The notes beneath the pieces were generated by a model, which was given only the letters and a program-made list of their open reading frames with translations, was not told the DNA's origin and searched no databases. Shown here piece after piece: positions 28,330-39,500 of a stretch of DNA of 64,000 nucleotides (position 1 is the first letter of the stretch; every line of letters starts with the position of its first letter). A program made the position numbers and the translations under genes. Origin of the DNA: Vulcanimicrobiota bacterium (GTDB lineage: Bacteria > Vulcanimicrobiota > Vulcanimicrobiia > Eremiobacterales > Eremiobacteraceae); assembly GCA_963805945.1 (NCBI GenBank), contig CAWDVP010000006.1, positions 160,001-224,000 on the forward strand, written 5' to 3'.

Positions 28330-29685
28330 ATGACCTATGTCGCGAGATCATGCCTGCAGGTGCAACGCCGCGTCCGTGGCAACTCGCTCCACGTGTCTTC
28401 CGTGGCGCTCCCCGCCCCGATCCGCTTGAGCGGCGCTATCCGCGTGCCCGGCGACAAGTCGATCTCGCATCGCGCGGTCTTATTGGCGGCGCTCGCGCAT
28501 GGCTCGACGAGCGTGCACGGCTCCAACCGGGGCGAGGATGTGCTCGCGAGCGTCGCCGCGCTGCGCGCGCTCGGTGTCGTCGTCAAAGACGACGGCGCAG
28601 TGGTCACTGTGGAGGGCACCGATCAGTTCCGCGACCCCGCCGCCCATCTCGACTGCGGCAACTCGGGGACGACCATGCGGTTGCTCATGGGGATGCTCGC
28701 CGGCCGCGTCAACGCGACGCTCGACGGCGACGACAGCCTGCGGCGGCGGCCGATGGAACGCGTCGCCGAGCCGCTGCGCGCGATGGGCGCGGACATCGCA
28801 TGCGCGCAGGGCGGTGTGCCGCCAGTGCGCATCAGTCGCACCTCCGCACGGCTCAAGGGGCTCACGCACGAACTCCCTGTGGCATCCTCTCAGTTGAAAT
28901 CCGCGCTCCTGCTCGCAGGTCTGCACGCCGAGGGCGCCACCATGGTGACGAGCCTGCTTCGCAGCCGCGATCACACCGAGTTGATGCTTCAGGCCATGGG
29001 CGCCTCCATAAGACCTGGACCGCAGACGGTGACGATACGGCCCCGCGCACTGCAGGCGCTGGGCACGTATGAGGTCCCTGGCGACATCTCAAGCGCGATG
29101 TACTTCATCGCGGCCGCTTCTCGCGTCCCCGGAAGCCGCATCTCGGTCATCGGCGCCGGCATTAACCCCACGCGCGCCGCCGGGCTGGACATCATGCGTG
29201 ACATGGGCGCGCACATCGGCATCCGCTCGTTGCAAGAGCGCCACGGCGAGCCGTCCGCCGACATCGAGGTCTCGCATTCAGGCTCGCTGGCGAACGTGAC
29301 CATCGACCCCTCGCGCGTCCCCGATTGCATCGATGAGCTGCCGCTGCTGTGCGCGGTCGCAGCCACAGCGGCGGGCACCTTCGTCGTGCGCGGCGCGGCG
29401 GAGCTGCGCGCCAAAGAGTCCGATCGCATCGCGTCCACGATCGCACTGCTGCGCGCCTTCGGCGTCGCGGTGAGCGAGCTGCCCGACGGCATCTCCGTGC
29501 GGGGCGGCAGACCGCTACGGCCGCCGCAGCGCATCGGCACCGGCGGCGATCATCGCATCGGGATGACGGCCGCATTTCTGGCGGCGGCGGCAGGCGCACC
29601 GATCGTCATCGAGGACGCGGAGTGCATCGCGACGTCATATCCCGGTTTTGCCGCAGACTGGCGCGCTGCGTTGGGCGCGGCCTGA
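28330..29685 (+). CDS. aroA: 3-phosphoshikimate 1-carboxyvinyltransferase
   Basis: PGDKSISHR, DCGNSGTTMR, RRPM, SSQLKSA, RDHTE, PGDISSA, ELRAKESDR, DHR. Start may be GTG 28393. Confidence 0.96.
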   Translation: MTYVARSCLQVQRRVRGNSLHVSSVALPAPIRLSGAIRVPGDKSISHRAVLLAALAHGSTSVHGSNRGEDVLASVAALRALGVVVKDDGAVVTVEGTDQFRDPAAHLDCGNSGTTMRLLMGMLAGRVNATLDGDDSLRRRPMERVAEPLRAMGADIACAQGGVPPVRISRTSARLKGLTHELPVASSQLKSALLLAGLHAEGATMVTSLLRSRDHTELMLQAMGASIRPGPQTVTIRPRALQALGTYEVPGDISSAMYFIAAASRVPGSRISVIGAGINPTRAAGLDIMRDMGAHIGIRSLQERHGEPSADIEVSHSGSLANVTIDPSRVPDCIDELPLLCAVAATAAGTFVVRGAAELRAKESDRIASTIALLRAFGVAVSELPDGISVRGGRPLRPPQRIGTGGDHRIGMTAAFLAAAAGAPIVIEDAECIATSYPGFAADWRAALGAA

Positions 29686-29700
29686 CCCCGCGATAGAGCG

Positions 29701-30708
29701 TCAGGCGGGCCAGAGATCCTCGCCTGCGACCAGCAAGCGCGCGCCGGATAACGCGACGTCGAGATTGAGCGATGAGGCGTTCGCACCACCCATGTAGCGG
29801 TTCTCGCCGAACGAGACGAACGCCGCACCGCCGACATGCTCGTCGATCAGCGTCCAGCCGAGCGGCGTCGTCAGGCGTGGATTGAGCCCGAGGCCGATGT
29901 GGCCGATGCGCCGCGGCTCTCCGCTGTGCGAATCCAGGAACCGCTCGAGCTCGCGCGCGCCACTGCCCTCGATCGCGTGCACCCGGCCCGCGACGAAATG
30001 CAACGTGACATCGACGGCGTCCAGCATGCGGGGTACCCACAGCGTGCCGGCGGCGCTCTCCTCGACGACCGCAGTATAGATCGACCCAGCCGGCAGATTC
30101 GAAACGATCGCGCCGTTACGGCGATCCTCGGCGTCGATGATCCCATCGTCGGCATGCCATATGCGGCCGCGCGTCGACGCGGTCAGCACGCAGTCGTTCG
30201 GCGTGCGGATCGTCAGCGTTTCGCCGGCCCTCGCGCGACGCAGCACGGGGTCGATGACGGACTGGATCGTCGCCCGATCCAGGTCGATAGCGGCGAGCAC
30301 GGCGTCTTCCACTTCTGCTAAGGAGCGCTTGGCCGCGCTCGTTCTCGCTTCGGTCGGGACGGCGCACAGGATGAACGGTAGCCCGCGCGACTCTTCGATC
30401 GCGATCACCGCGGCCATCGCTTGTCTGGTTTCTGCTGCCGGCCTGATGCCGGCCCCCGTATCGAATGCCAGGACCGCGTGCGCCTCCTTCATCCTGTCGA
30501 TACGCTCGGCCAGCGCCGCGGGGTCGTCGGCCTCGACGTACGCCGTCACATGCCTTCGGCCGGCGGCCTCGAGCAGTGCCGCCAATGCTTCATCGCACCC
30601 CGCCGGGAGGGCGTGCACGTACACAAGCGCATCGGCGCGCAGATCGAGACCTTCGACGATATGAGAGGCGATCGAGCGCCAGCGCGCAGCCCTGGAATCG
30701 CTATCCAC
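29701..30708 (-). CDS. Aminopeptidase (M29-like metallopeptidase)
   Basis: NLPAG..YT, IG..GLGLNP, L.DEH, FGENRYMGG.N.S..N.D; some metal ligands look divergent. Confidence 0.75.
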   Translation of the reverse strand: MDSDSRAARWRSIASHIVEGLDLRADALVYVHALPAGCDEALAALLEAAGRRHVTAYVEADDPAALAERIDRMKEAHAVLAFDTGAGIRPAAETRQAMAAVIAIEESRGLPFILCAVPTEARTSAAKRSLAEVEDAVLAAIDLDRATIQSVIDPVLRRARAGETLTIRTPNDCVLTASTRGRIWHADDGIIDAEDRRNGAIVSNLPAGSIYTAVVEESAAGTLWVPRMLDAVDVTLHFVAGRVHAIEGSGARELERFLDSHSGEPRRIGHIGLGLNPRLTTPLGWTLIDEHVGGAAFVSFGENRYMGGANASSLNLDVALSGARLLVAGEDLWPA

Positions 30709-30738
30709 GCTCGGACGCCGGGCGCCGCGGGACTCCGG

Positions 30739-31098
30739 TCAGCGCCGCGAGTCGGCGAGGATACCGCGCAGCCACGGGATCGCCGTCATCAACGCGCGCA
30801 CGAGCCCGGTTTGCGGCTCCCGGATGAGAGCGACGATCGTCATCAGCGCCGACTGGAGCGTCACAATCGCTGCGCCGAGCGCGCGCATGCTCTCGCCCAG
30901 CTCCTGGATGTCGGCCGTCGCTCGCTCGATCACCGCCCTCTGCCGCGCGAGCCAATCTGCTTCCAGGACACGATGCGCCGCCGTCATCGATGCGAGCCGG
31001 AGCTGTATCGCGCGCGCGCGCACGACGACCAGCACCGCCGCAGCGACGACGGTGACGAGGCCGAGCGACGCGCAGATCAGCGCGAACATAGCCGCCAT
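30739..31098 (-). CDS. Hypothetical membrane-anchored coiled-coil protein
   Basis: N-terminal TM helix then amphipathic helices; directly follows the FmdB-like stop. Confidence 0.65.
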   Translation of the reverse strand: MAAMFALICASLGLVTVVAAAVLVVVRARAIQLRLASMTAAHRVLEADWLARQRAVIERATADIQELGESMRALGAAIVTLQSALMTIVALIREPQTGLVRALMTAIPWLRGILADSRR

Positions 31099-31476
31099 TT
31101 AGGAACCCTTTCCGCTCGGCTTGGCGTCGGGCTTGGGCTTGCTCGTCGGCGCAGCGGGCGCGGCTTTGGCGTCGGTCTTCGGCGCGCTCGCGGTCTCGCT
31201 CGGCTTCGCGGCCGGCGTGCTGCCGTCGCCCTTGGCCGGCGCGCCGCCCTCGCTTTTAGCCGGTGCGCCTTCGCCTGAGCCTGCTTTCTGCGCCGTCTTC
31301 GCGGCGTAGTCGGTCTTATGGAAGCCGGAGCCTTTGAACACCACGCCGACCGGATAGAACACGCGCTGGAGCTGGCCGCCGCACGTCGGACATTTCGTAG
31401 GGCGCTCGGCGTTCACTCCATGTTCGATCTCGTGGGTCGTGCCGCACTCCTTGCAGCGATAGTCGTACTTCGGCAT
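31099..31476 (-). CDS. FmdB family zinc-ribbon protein
   Basis: MPKYDYRCKECG…CPTCGG…FKGSGFH.TDY plus a low-complexity tail. Confidence 0.92.
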   Translation of the reverse strand: MPKYDYRCKECGTTHEIEHGVNAERPTKCPTCGGQLQRVFYPVGVVFKGSGFHKTDYAAKTAQKAGSGEGAPAKSEGGAPAKGDGSTPAAKPSETASAPKTDAKAAPAAPTSKPKPDAKPSGKGS

Positions 31477-31976
31477 CAGGCGAGAAGTGGTTCATTTGCG
31501 CTCGCTCGTCCGAGGTCCTCGGCCTCCACATCTTCGAGCATGTTCTTGAGGTTGCGCGCCGATTCGTGCAGCTCGCGTGCGAGGGCGGGCTTGGTGAAGA
31601 GCGCGCTGCGCAGCGCGCCGAGCGCGCCGCCGAACACCGGATAGCCCACCGCGCAATGCACGCGCGTTCCGTCACGCCGCTGTTCGAAGCGGAACTCGAT
31701 CCGCCGCGCCGCGGAAAGACTGCCTTCGAGCCAGACGAAGGCCTTGGGCACGAAACGGATGACGTCGAACGATTCGCGCCAACGCCGCTTGCCGCTGCGC
31801 AGGCACAGCCATACCTCCTGCTCGGCCGCGAGATCGGGTCCGGCGTCGTCCTCGGCGCGGTGCGCCGACACGACGAACGAGAGCCACGTCGGCCAGCGCG
31901 CGACATCCGCGACGTAGCCGAAGACGCGCTCCACCGGCAGCGCGATGTCGATGCTCTGCTTGCACACTGCCTTCAT
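31476..31976 (-). CDS. SRPBCC family protein
   Basis: SIDIALPVERVFGYVAD..RWP.W…L.NLK..LE; GGAGG RBS. Confidence 0.85.
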   Translation of the reverse strand: MKAVCKQSIDIALPVERVFGYVADVARWPTWLSFVVSAHRAEDDAGPDLAAEQEVWLCLRSGKRRWRESFDVIRFVPKAFVWLEGSLSAARRIEFRFEQRRDGTRVHCAVGYPVFGGALGALRSALFTKPALARELHESARNLKNMLEDVEAEDLGRASANEPLLA

Positions 31977-32047
31977 GTCATCCACCTCCGGTCCGCCACG
32001 CGTGCGCCACAGAAGATTGCTCCATGCACGCGAGGAAAACGGCGTCC

Positions 32048-32479
32048 ATGCTGCGCATCAGGGTCGCCGCACTGTGCGTCGCCGACGGCAAGGTGCTCCT
32101 CGCCCGGCACGTGCGCGGCGGCCACACCGCCTATCTGCTGCCCGGCGGCGGTCTCGAGCCAGAGGAGACCGCGCCGGTCGCGCTCGCGCGCGAACTGCGC
32201 GAGGAGGCGGGCGCAGGCTGCGATGTGGGGGAGCTCGCGTATGTGATCGAGACGCTCGCGCCCAGCGGCGAACGTCATCTCGTGCAACTGGTCTTCTGGG
32301 TCACGTTGCAGGAACCGATCGGGCGCTCGAGCGACCCGCGCGTCGCCGATTGCGCGTGGCATCCGATCGCCGCGCTGCGCTCCTTGCCGGTCCATCCGGA
32401 CGCCGGAGCGGCGCTCGCCGACGACCTCGAAGCGAAGGCCGCCGGCGTGCGCTATATCCTTGCGCCCTACCGCGAGTAA
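32048..32479 (+). CDS. NUDIX hydrolase
   Basis: Nudix box [11 protein letters not shown]…[11 protein letters not shown]. Confidence 0.88.
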   Translation: MLRIRVAALCVADGKVLLARHVRGGHTAYLLPGGGLEPEETAPVALARELREEAGAGCDVGELAYVIETLAPSGERHLVQLVFWVTLQEPIGRSSDPRVADCAWHPIAALRSLPVHPDAGAALADDLEAKAAGVRYILAPYRE

Positions 32480-33549
32480 CGTAGGAACGCGGGGACCTCG
32501 ATCTCGTCCATGTTCACCGGCTTGACCTTCTCGATCTCGCCGACGCCCACGACGCGCTGCTTCTCCCGCGCGCGCGAGCCGAAGCCGGTCGCGAGCACGG
32601 TCACGCGGACCTCGCTGTTCATGTTCTCCTCGATGGTGGCGCCGAAGATGACTTCGGCATCGGGGTCCACCGCCTTGGAGATCAGTTCGGCCGCCTCGTT
32701 GACCTCGTACATCGACAGATCCGGTCCGCCATAGATGTTGAAGATCACGCCGCGCGCGCCGTCGATCGTCGCCTCGAGCAGCGGGCTCGAGATGGCTTTG
32801 TGCGCCGCGTCCGCCGCGCGGTTCTCGCCCGAGCCCTTGCCGATGCCCATGAGCGCCGAACCCGCGTCTGTCATGACGCGCCGCACGTCGGCGAAGTCGA
32901 GATTGATCAATCCCGGCTGCGTGATGAGATCGGTGATGCCCTGGATGCCCTGGCGTAGCACGTCGTCGGCGCTGCGGAACGCCTCGGTGAGCGGCGTGCG
33001 CTTCTCGATGATCGAGAGCAGCCGGTCGTTCGGGATGATGATGAGCGTGTCGACCTTCTGCTCCAGCTCCGCGATGCCGCGTTCGGCGATCTGCGCGCGC
33101 TTGCGCAGCTCGAAGCCGAACGGTTTGGTCACCACGCCGACTGTGAGCGCACCGGCGCCGCGCGCCATCTCGGCGACGATCGGCGACGCGCCCGTGCCCG
33201 TGCCGCCGCCCATGCCGGCGGCGATGAACACGAGGTCGGCGCCCTCGACGAGCATCGCGAGGTCCTCTTTCGACTCCTCGGCGGCTTGACGGCCGATCTC
33301 CGGATCGGCGCCCGCGCCCAGCCCACGCGTCAGATTCTGGCCGATCTGCAACGTGTTCTCGGTGCGCGAGTTCTTGAGCGCCTGCACGTCGGTGTTGATG
33401 GCATAGAAGTCGGCGCCTCTGATGCCCGCGTCGACCATGCGGTTGACCGCATTGGTGCCGCCCCCGCCCACGCCGATGACCTTGATGCTCGCCATGTGCT
33501 CCGGCACGTAGCGCCGATTGTCAGTCATTCCAGTATCCCCCTGGCTCAT
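32467..33549 (-). CDS. ftsZ: Cell division protein FtsZ
   Basis: [31 protein letters not shown]-terminal IEVPAFLR. Start may be 33528. Confidence 0.99.
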   Translation of the reverse strand: MSQGDTGMTDNRRYVPEHMASIKVIGVGGGGTNAVNRMVDAGIRGADFYAINTDVQALKNSRTENTLQIGQNLTRGLGAGADPEIGRQAAEESKEDLAMLVEGADLVFIAAGMGGGTGTGASPIVAEMARGAGALTVGVVTKPFGFELRKRAQIAERGIAELEQKVDTLIIIPNDRLLSIIEKRTPLTEAFRSADDVLRQGIQGITDLITQPGLINLDFADVRRVMTDAGSALMGIGKGSGENRAADAAHKAISSPLLEATIDGARGVIFNIYGGPDLSMYEVNEAAELISKAVDPDAEVIFGATIEENMNSEVRVTVLATGFGSRAREKQRVVGVGEIEKVKPVNMDEIEVPAFLRYSR

Positions 33550-34775
33550 AGCCTAAAGACCTGTTCCCACCACGTCGAGACGCGCGACCATGTGCCTCGA
33601 CCGTTCGTGCGCGCCGTTTTGTCGCCGCCATCGCTGGCGGCGCCGAAGAGCACGAGCCCGACCGCGGTGGCATAGGCCGGGCTTTTGATGGTTTCTGTGA
33701 GACCGCCGACGTGCATCGGATAGCCGATGCGTGCCGGTAGATCGAAGTAGTCCGACGCGAGCGCGTCGAGGCCGGCGAGCTGTGCGCCGCCGCCGGTGAG
33801 CACCAGTTCCGCGAGCATCACCTCGGGCGGGCAGTTCTCGGACAGGTTGGCGCGCACCATCTTGAAGATCTCGGTCATGCGGGCGACGATGATCTGGCGC
33901 AGGAAATGCTTGCTCGCGCCGCGGCTCGTGCGGCCGGACAGCGCCTTGACCTCGAAGGTCTCCTGATCGAGATCCGTCGACAGGTCGGTCGTGCCGTAGA
34001 CGTGCTTGATGTTCTCGGCCTCTTGGAAACTCGTCTTGAGGCCCAGCGCGATGTCGTTGGTGACGATATTGCCGCCCACCGGCACGGTCCACGTGTGGTA
34101 CACGCCGCCACCCCAGTACACCGCGAGGTCCGTCGTGCCGCCGCCGATGTCGAGCAAGGCGACGCCGGCGTTGCGCTCTTCAGGCAGCAGCACAGCGGCG
34201 CCCGATGCGAGCGGTTCGAAGACGATGCCTGCCGGCTCGACGCCGGCGCGATGCACGCACTTGAGCACGTTGGTGACAAAAGATGTACCCGCCGTGACGA
34301 CGTGCGTATCCACCTCGAGCCGGCCGCCCGCCATGCCGACGGGATCGGTGATGCCGTTCTGGCCGTCCACCACGAATTCGCGCGGCAGCGTATGGATGAT
34401 CTGCCGGTCCGCCGGCACGCTGATGATCGTGCTCGCGTCCACCACGCGCTTGACGTCGAGCGGCGCTACCTCGCGCTCGTCGCCGCCGACCGCGACGATG
34501 CCGTGCGTGTTCTGCGACTTGACGTGTTCGCCGGTGACGCCGACGAACGCCGACTGCACGTTGACGCCCGCCATCCGCTCGGCGGTCTCGATGGCCGCTT
34601 CGATCGACTTCACCGTCTCCTCGAGATCGGTGACGACGCCCTTGCGCAGCCCGAGCGACGGCGCCACGCCGAAGCCGATGATATCCATCGTCCCTTGCGG
34701 GCTCTGGCTCGCGATCACCATCGCAGTTTTCGTCGTGCCGACATCGAGACCGGCGACGATATCGTTACGCGCCAA
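33546..34775 (-). CDS. ftsA: Cell division protein FtsA
   Basis: [43 protein letters not shown]. Confidence 0.97.
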   Translation of the reverse strand: MARNDIVAGLDVGTTKTAMVIASQSPQGTMDIIGFGVAPSLGLRKGVVTDLEETVKSIEAAIETAERMAGVNVQSAFVGVTGEHVKSQNTHGIVAVGGDEREVAPLDVKRVVDASTIISVPADRQIIHTLPREFVVDGQNGITDPVGMAGGRLEVDTHVVTAGTSFVTNVLKCVHRAGVEPAGIVFEPLASGAAVLLPEERNAGVALLDIGGGTTDLAVYWGGGVYHTWTVPVGGNIVTNDIALGLKTSFQEAENIKHVYGTTDLSTDLDQETFEVKALSGRTSRGASKHFLRQIIVARMTEIFKMVRANLSENCPPEVMLAELVLTGGGAQLAGLDALASDYFDLPARIGYPMHVGGLTETIKSPAYATAVGLVLFGAASDGGDKTARTNGRGTWSRVSTWWEQVFRL

Positions 34776-34791
34776 CGAAAGACCTCACCGA

Positions 34792-34813
34792 TTGTCCACA
34801 GGGCTGTGGATAA
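34792..34813. promoter_or_regulatory. Pair of inverted DnaA boxes upstream of ftsA
   Basis: TTGTCCACA (34792-34800) and TGTGGATAA (34805-34813, perfect TTATCCACA on the minus strand). Confidence 0.75.
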
Positions 34814-34931
34814 CCCCGCCAAAGAACGCGCTCGGCGACCCCAAGGTCGCCGTGTTCGTTCCAACATGAACGCATTCCAAGCGAACATCGAGTTCCCTGC
34901 ACTCGCGAAATGTTCGCCGAAAAAATTTTTC

Positions 34932-35717
34932 TCATCTGTATTGCACCGTCGGCGCGTTCGTGCTGCGCACGTCGACGTACGCGACGTCGTCGGGGCGCGC
35001 GAGCCGCTTCTCGATCGCGGTGAAGAGCGCGACCTTGCGTTCGAGTTCGTCGAGGTCGCCGAACACGACGTGCAAGTTGGACGCCGTCACCGCGGTGATG
35101 CCGCGCGCCGAATCGATCTGGACCTCCACCACGTGGACGCCGAGGGCTGCCAAGCGGCTGGCGGCGGCGAGCGCGTCGAGGATGTGAGGCTCGTGCAGCT
35201 GGCTGCCCACCGCGTCCGCCTCGGGCGGCAGCGGCAGCACGGTGAGGATCGGCAGGCCGGCATCCTTCGGGTTGTTCGTGTCGACGTCGAGGACGCGCGC
35301 ATCGGCGTCGAGCAGAGCGACGCCGCTGCCCGGGGTGCCCGGCGCAAGGGTCAAGCGCGCTGCCGGCGTGCGCTCGACGACGGCGATCGAGACCTGGTTC
35401 GGCCACGCGCGCCTGATGCTCGCGCCGGCGACCCACGGCAGCTCGTCGATGCGCCGCTCGGCGGCGCCCGTGTCTAGCAGCCAGATGTCGCGGCCAGCCG
35501 GCAGCGCCGCCGCGCTGAGCACGAGCGTGCTGCCGGTGCGCTCCGCACCGGTCACCGAGACCTCTCCGAGCGCCAAGCGGGGATCCGCGACCAGCAGGCT
35601 GACGCCGTAGGCGAGCCCGCCCGCCACAGCGAGGAAGACAAGGGAGATGCCCAGCTTGCGCCACGCCGCGCCGCCGCCCACCGTATTGCGCTTCTTGCGC
35701 GCCGCGGGCTTAGCCAA
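34932..35717 (-). CDS. ftsQ: Cell division protein FtsQ/DivIB
   Basis: Basic N-terminus, TM helix, POTRA domain (LPWV..ASIRRAWPN.V.I.V.ER.P), C-terminal YVDVR; adjacent to ftsA. Confidence 0.88.
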   Translation of the reverse strand: MAKPAARKKRNTVGGGAAWRKLGISLVFLAVAGGLAYGVSLLVADPRLALGEVSVTGAERTGSTLVLSAAALPAGRDIWLLDTGAAERRIDELPWVAGASIRRAWPNQVSIAVVERTPAARLTLAPGTPGSGVALLDADARVLDVDTNNPKDAGLPILTVLPLPPEADAVGSQLHEPHILDALAAASRLAALGVHVVEVQIDSARGITAVTASNLHVVFGDLDELERKVALFTAIEKRLARPDDVAYVDVRSTNAPTVQYR

Positions 35718-36540
35718 CGGCTTGTCCGTTCGCGAGCACTTCGAGCGCTTCGGCCACGCCGCACTTGTCCTGCGATGCGACCACCCGCTGGGCAGCCGCT
35801 CTGGCCGCCGGGGAAGCGTTGCCCACCGCAAAAGAATGGCCGGCCGCCCGCAGCATCGGCACGTCGTTATCCCCGTCGCCGATGGCAGCCAGGTCCGCGA
35901 TCTCAAGGCCCATCGACTTCGCCAGCCAGCCCAGCGCGTGGCCCTTGTCAGCGGAAGGATCCGTCACCTCGAGGTAGTGCGGCAGGCTTCTGAAGACTTG
36001 AGCCGAGTCGCCCAGCGAGGCCGCCAGTTGCGGGAGGTACTCGGCCACGCGCGCCGGAGTGTCGATCGCGAGCACCTTCATCGGGCCGGTCTCGTCGGGC
36101 GGCGCGCCGTCGAGCAGCAACCGGAGGTCGTCGACCATGACCGGCTCGACGCGCGAGAGCTCGAGATAGCCGCGCGCGGCGTCGTTCATCTGATCGAGAT
36201 AGAGCCGGTCGCCGAAGTACAGCTGGAGATGGAAGCCCGCCGCCTTGAGCTCATCGTAGGCGAGCAGCGCGATCGGCGCCGGCAGCGGCTGCGAGTACAC
36301 GCGCGCGCCGCTCGCGGCGTCGTAGATGGCCGCGCCGTTCAGCACGATCATCGGCCCGAGCAGCCGCAGCTCGTTGGCGAACGGGCGCGCGGCGGAGAAC
36401 AGGCGCCCGCTCGCGAGGCATACCGTCGAGCCGAGCGCACCGATGCGCTCGATCGCCTGCCGGTTGCGCTCGTCGATGGTCAACGATGGCCCGATGAGGG
36501 TCCCGTCGAGGTCGATCGCGATGAGCGCCGGCGGCTTCAC
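35710..36540 (-). CDS. Cof-type HAD-IIB hydrolase
   Basis: DLDGTL, ASGR, NGA, KG.AL, IGDGDND.PM; GTGA overlap with dnaE. Confidence 0.93.
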   Translation of the reverse strand: MKPPALIAIDLDGTLIGPSLTIDERNRQAIERIGALGSTVCLASGRLFSAARPFANELRLLGPMIVLNGAAIYDAASGARVYSQPLPAPIALLAYDELKAAGFHLQLYFGDRLYLDQMNDAARGYLELSRVEPVMVDDLRLLLDGAPPDETGPMKVLAIDTPARVAEYLPQLAASLGDSAQVFRSLPHYLEVTDPSADKGHALGWLAKSMGLEIADLAAIGDGDNDVPMLRAAGHSFAVGNASPAARAAAQRVVASQDKCGVAEALEVLANGQAVG

Positions 36541-39500
36541 GCCGCGCCTCGGATCTTCGCAACATCTGTGGTGGACCGATCTTTAGATCGCTCCTCCCAG
36601 ACGTTGTGCTCGCCGAAGAGCGCGGCCAGCTCCGCCTGCAATTCCGGCGTGATCGCCACTGCTCGCTGCAGCGGCCGGCCGTCCCCCGCACCGGCGGCGT
36701 GCAACACGATGCGACCCTCGCCGGCGCCCGCGGCGAGCACGACGTCGCGCAGCCGCACGAGGCGGTGCGCGTCGGCCGCATCGCCGAGCATGCGCACGTG
36801 CAGCGCCGGCACGACATCTCCCGAGCTTCGCTCGGGCACTACATCGAGGCCGACCGAGGTTCGCTCGGGCACTGCGTCCGCGCGAGCGGGTGATATGACC
36901 CGCGCCTTTTCGAACGGCCACGCCTCGACCGCCTGGAGGCTCAGCTCCACGCGCTCTTCTTCTCCGCCCTCTTCCAGCGGCACGGCCACGAGCGGCTTAC
37001 CCGGTGCGCGACGTTCCTTGACGCGGCCCTTGATGACGACGATGGCATCGACCGCGAAGATCGGCGCGAGCTCCGCGTACCACTTCGGAAAGACGACCGC
37101 CTCGATGAATGAGGTCTGATCCTCAAGCCGGGCGATGAGCATCTGGTCGCCGGCCTTGGTGATGACGCGGCGCGCCGAGGTGATGACGCCACCTACGGTC
37201 GCCATCTCGTCTTCGTCCGTCTCGCGCAGCGCCGCGATGCTCGATGTCGTCCGCCGTGCCAGGTCGGCCGCCTTGTCGGCGAGCGGGTGGCCGGAGATGT
37301 AGACGCCGATCGCTTCCTTCTCTTGCGCCAGACGTTGTGCGGGCGAGACGTCGGGCACCGTTGGCAGCGCGGGTGGCGGCATCGGCGCACCATCGTCGCC
37401 GCCGAACAGCGATGTCTGGCCGAGTTCGCGCTCCTGCGTGATCTGCTGGCCGTAGTCGAGCGCGCCGTCCAAGCCCGCGAGCAGCGCGCTGCGCCCGCCG
37501 AACGCGTCGAGCGCACCGGCTTTGATGAGCGATTCCAGCACGCGCCGGTTGACCTGCCGGCCGTCGACCCGCGCGCAGACGTCGGCAAGCGACTCGAAGC
37601 GCTTCTCTGCGCGCCGGGCGATGAGTTCGGCGATCGCGCCTTCGCCGACATTGCGCACTGCGCCGAGGCCGAAGCGGATCGCGCCGTCGCTCACCGTGAA
37701 GTCGGTGCCCGACTCGTTGACGTCCGGCGGCCGGATCGGCACTTTCATGGTCGCGCATTCCGCCAGGTATTCCGCCACCTTGTCGGCGTTGTTCTTCACC
37801 GACGACATGAGCGCGGCCATGAACGCCAGCGGATGGTTCGCCTTGAGCCAGGCGGTGCGGTAGGCGAGCAGACCGTAGCACACCGAGTGCGCCTTCGGGA
37901 AGCCGTAGCCGGCGAAGGGCTCGATGAACTGCCAGATCTTGCCCGCGAGAACTTCGTCGGTGCCGTTGCGCACGCAGCCCTCGATGAACTTGGCGCGCTC
38001 GACCGGGATCCGTTCTTTGATCTTCTTGCTGATGACCTTGCGCATCTCGTCCGCCTGACCCGCCGTGTAGCCGGCGATGTCGCGACAGATCTGCATGATA
38101 TTTTCCTGATAGACCGCCACTCCGTACGTCTCGGCGAGGATCGGCTCGAGCTTCGGATGCAGATAGGTGATCTTACGCTGCCCGTGTTTGCCCGCGACGA
38201 AGTCGTTGATCCACTCCATCGGACCGGGCCGGTACAGCGCCACCATCGCGATGAGGTCTTCGATGCACGTCGGCTTGAGCTCGGCGATGTAGCGCCGCAT
38301 GCCGGCGCTCTCGAGCTGGAAGATGCCGGTCGTATGCCCGGACGACAGCTCGGCGTACGTCTTGTGATCGTCGAGCGGGATGTCTTCGATGCGGAACGCC
38401 GCGTCCAATGTCCGCCGGATCTCCGCGCTCGCCCGGTCGATCACCGTGAGCGTGCGCAGGCCGAGGAAGTCCATCTTGAGCAGGCCGACCTTCTCGACCC
38501 AATCCATGGAGTATTGCGTGTTGACGTCGTCGTCGCCGAGCCGCACGAGCGGCGCGTGATCGGTCACCGGGCCCGGCGCGATGACGACGCCGGCGGCGTG
38601 CGTCGAGGCGTGGCGCGCAAGCCCCTCCACCCGCATCGCGGTGTCGAGCAGCTCGCGCGCGCGCGCGTCGCGATGGTAGATGACGTTGAGCTCGGGCACG
38701 CCGTCGATCGCCTGGCGGATTGAGATCGGGTTGGTGGGGATGTTCGGGATGAGTTTGGCGATGCGATCCACGTCCGCGAGCGGATGGGCCATGACGCGTC
38801 CGACATCGCGCACCGCGGCGCGAGCCGCCATGGTGCCGAAGGTGACGATCTGGGCGACGTGGTCCGCGCCGTATTTCTGGCGCACATAGTCGATGACTTC
38901 ATCCCGGCGCTCGTAGCAGAAATCCGTGTCGATATCCGGCATCGAGATGCGCTCGGGGTTGAGGAAGCGCTCGAAGAACAGGCCGTAGCGCAGCGGATCG
39001 ACGTCCGAGATGCGCAGCGCGTATGCGACGATGCTGCCGGCCGCCGAGCCGCGCCCCGGCCCCACCGGGATGCCCTGCTCGCGCGCATAGCGGATGAAAT
39101 CCCACACGATGAGGAAGTATGAGGCATAGCCCATGCGGTTGATGATGCCGAGCTCGTACTCCATGCGCTCCACTTGCTCGGGGGCCGGCTCGCCGTAACG
39201 CTCGCGCAAGCCCACCTCGCACAGCGAGCGCAGGTACTTCTCCGCGTCGCCCTCGCCCGCCGGCACGGGGAACTGCGGCAAGGCGAAGGTCTTGGATTCG
39301 AGATCGAAATCGACCATCTCGGCGACGTCGAGCGTCGCGTCGCAGGCGTCGGGCTCGCCGGCGAACAGCTCGCGCATCTCCTCCGCGGACTTGAAGTAGA
39401 AATCGTCGCCCTCGAAGCGCAGGCGGTCGGTGTCGGCGACCATGCGTCCGGTGCCGATGCACAGCAGCACGTCGTGGGCGGGCGCGTCGTCGCGCGCGAG

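Noticed and set aside
34870..34920. LexA box upstream of ftsA
   Set aside because: GAAC-ATCGA-GTTC has a 5-nt spacer rather than the 4 required, so it was not called.
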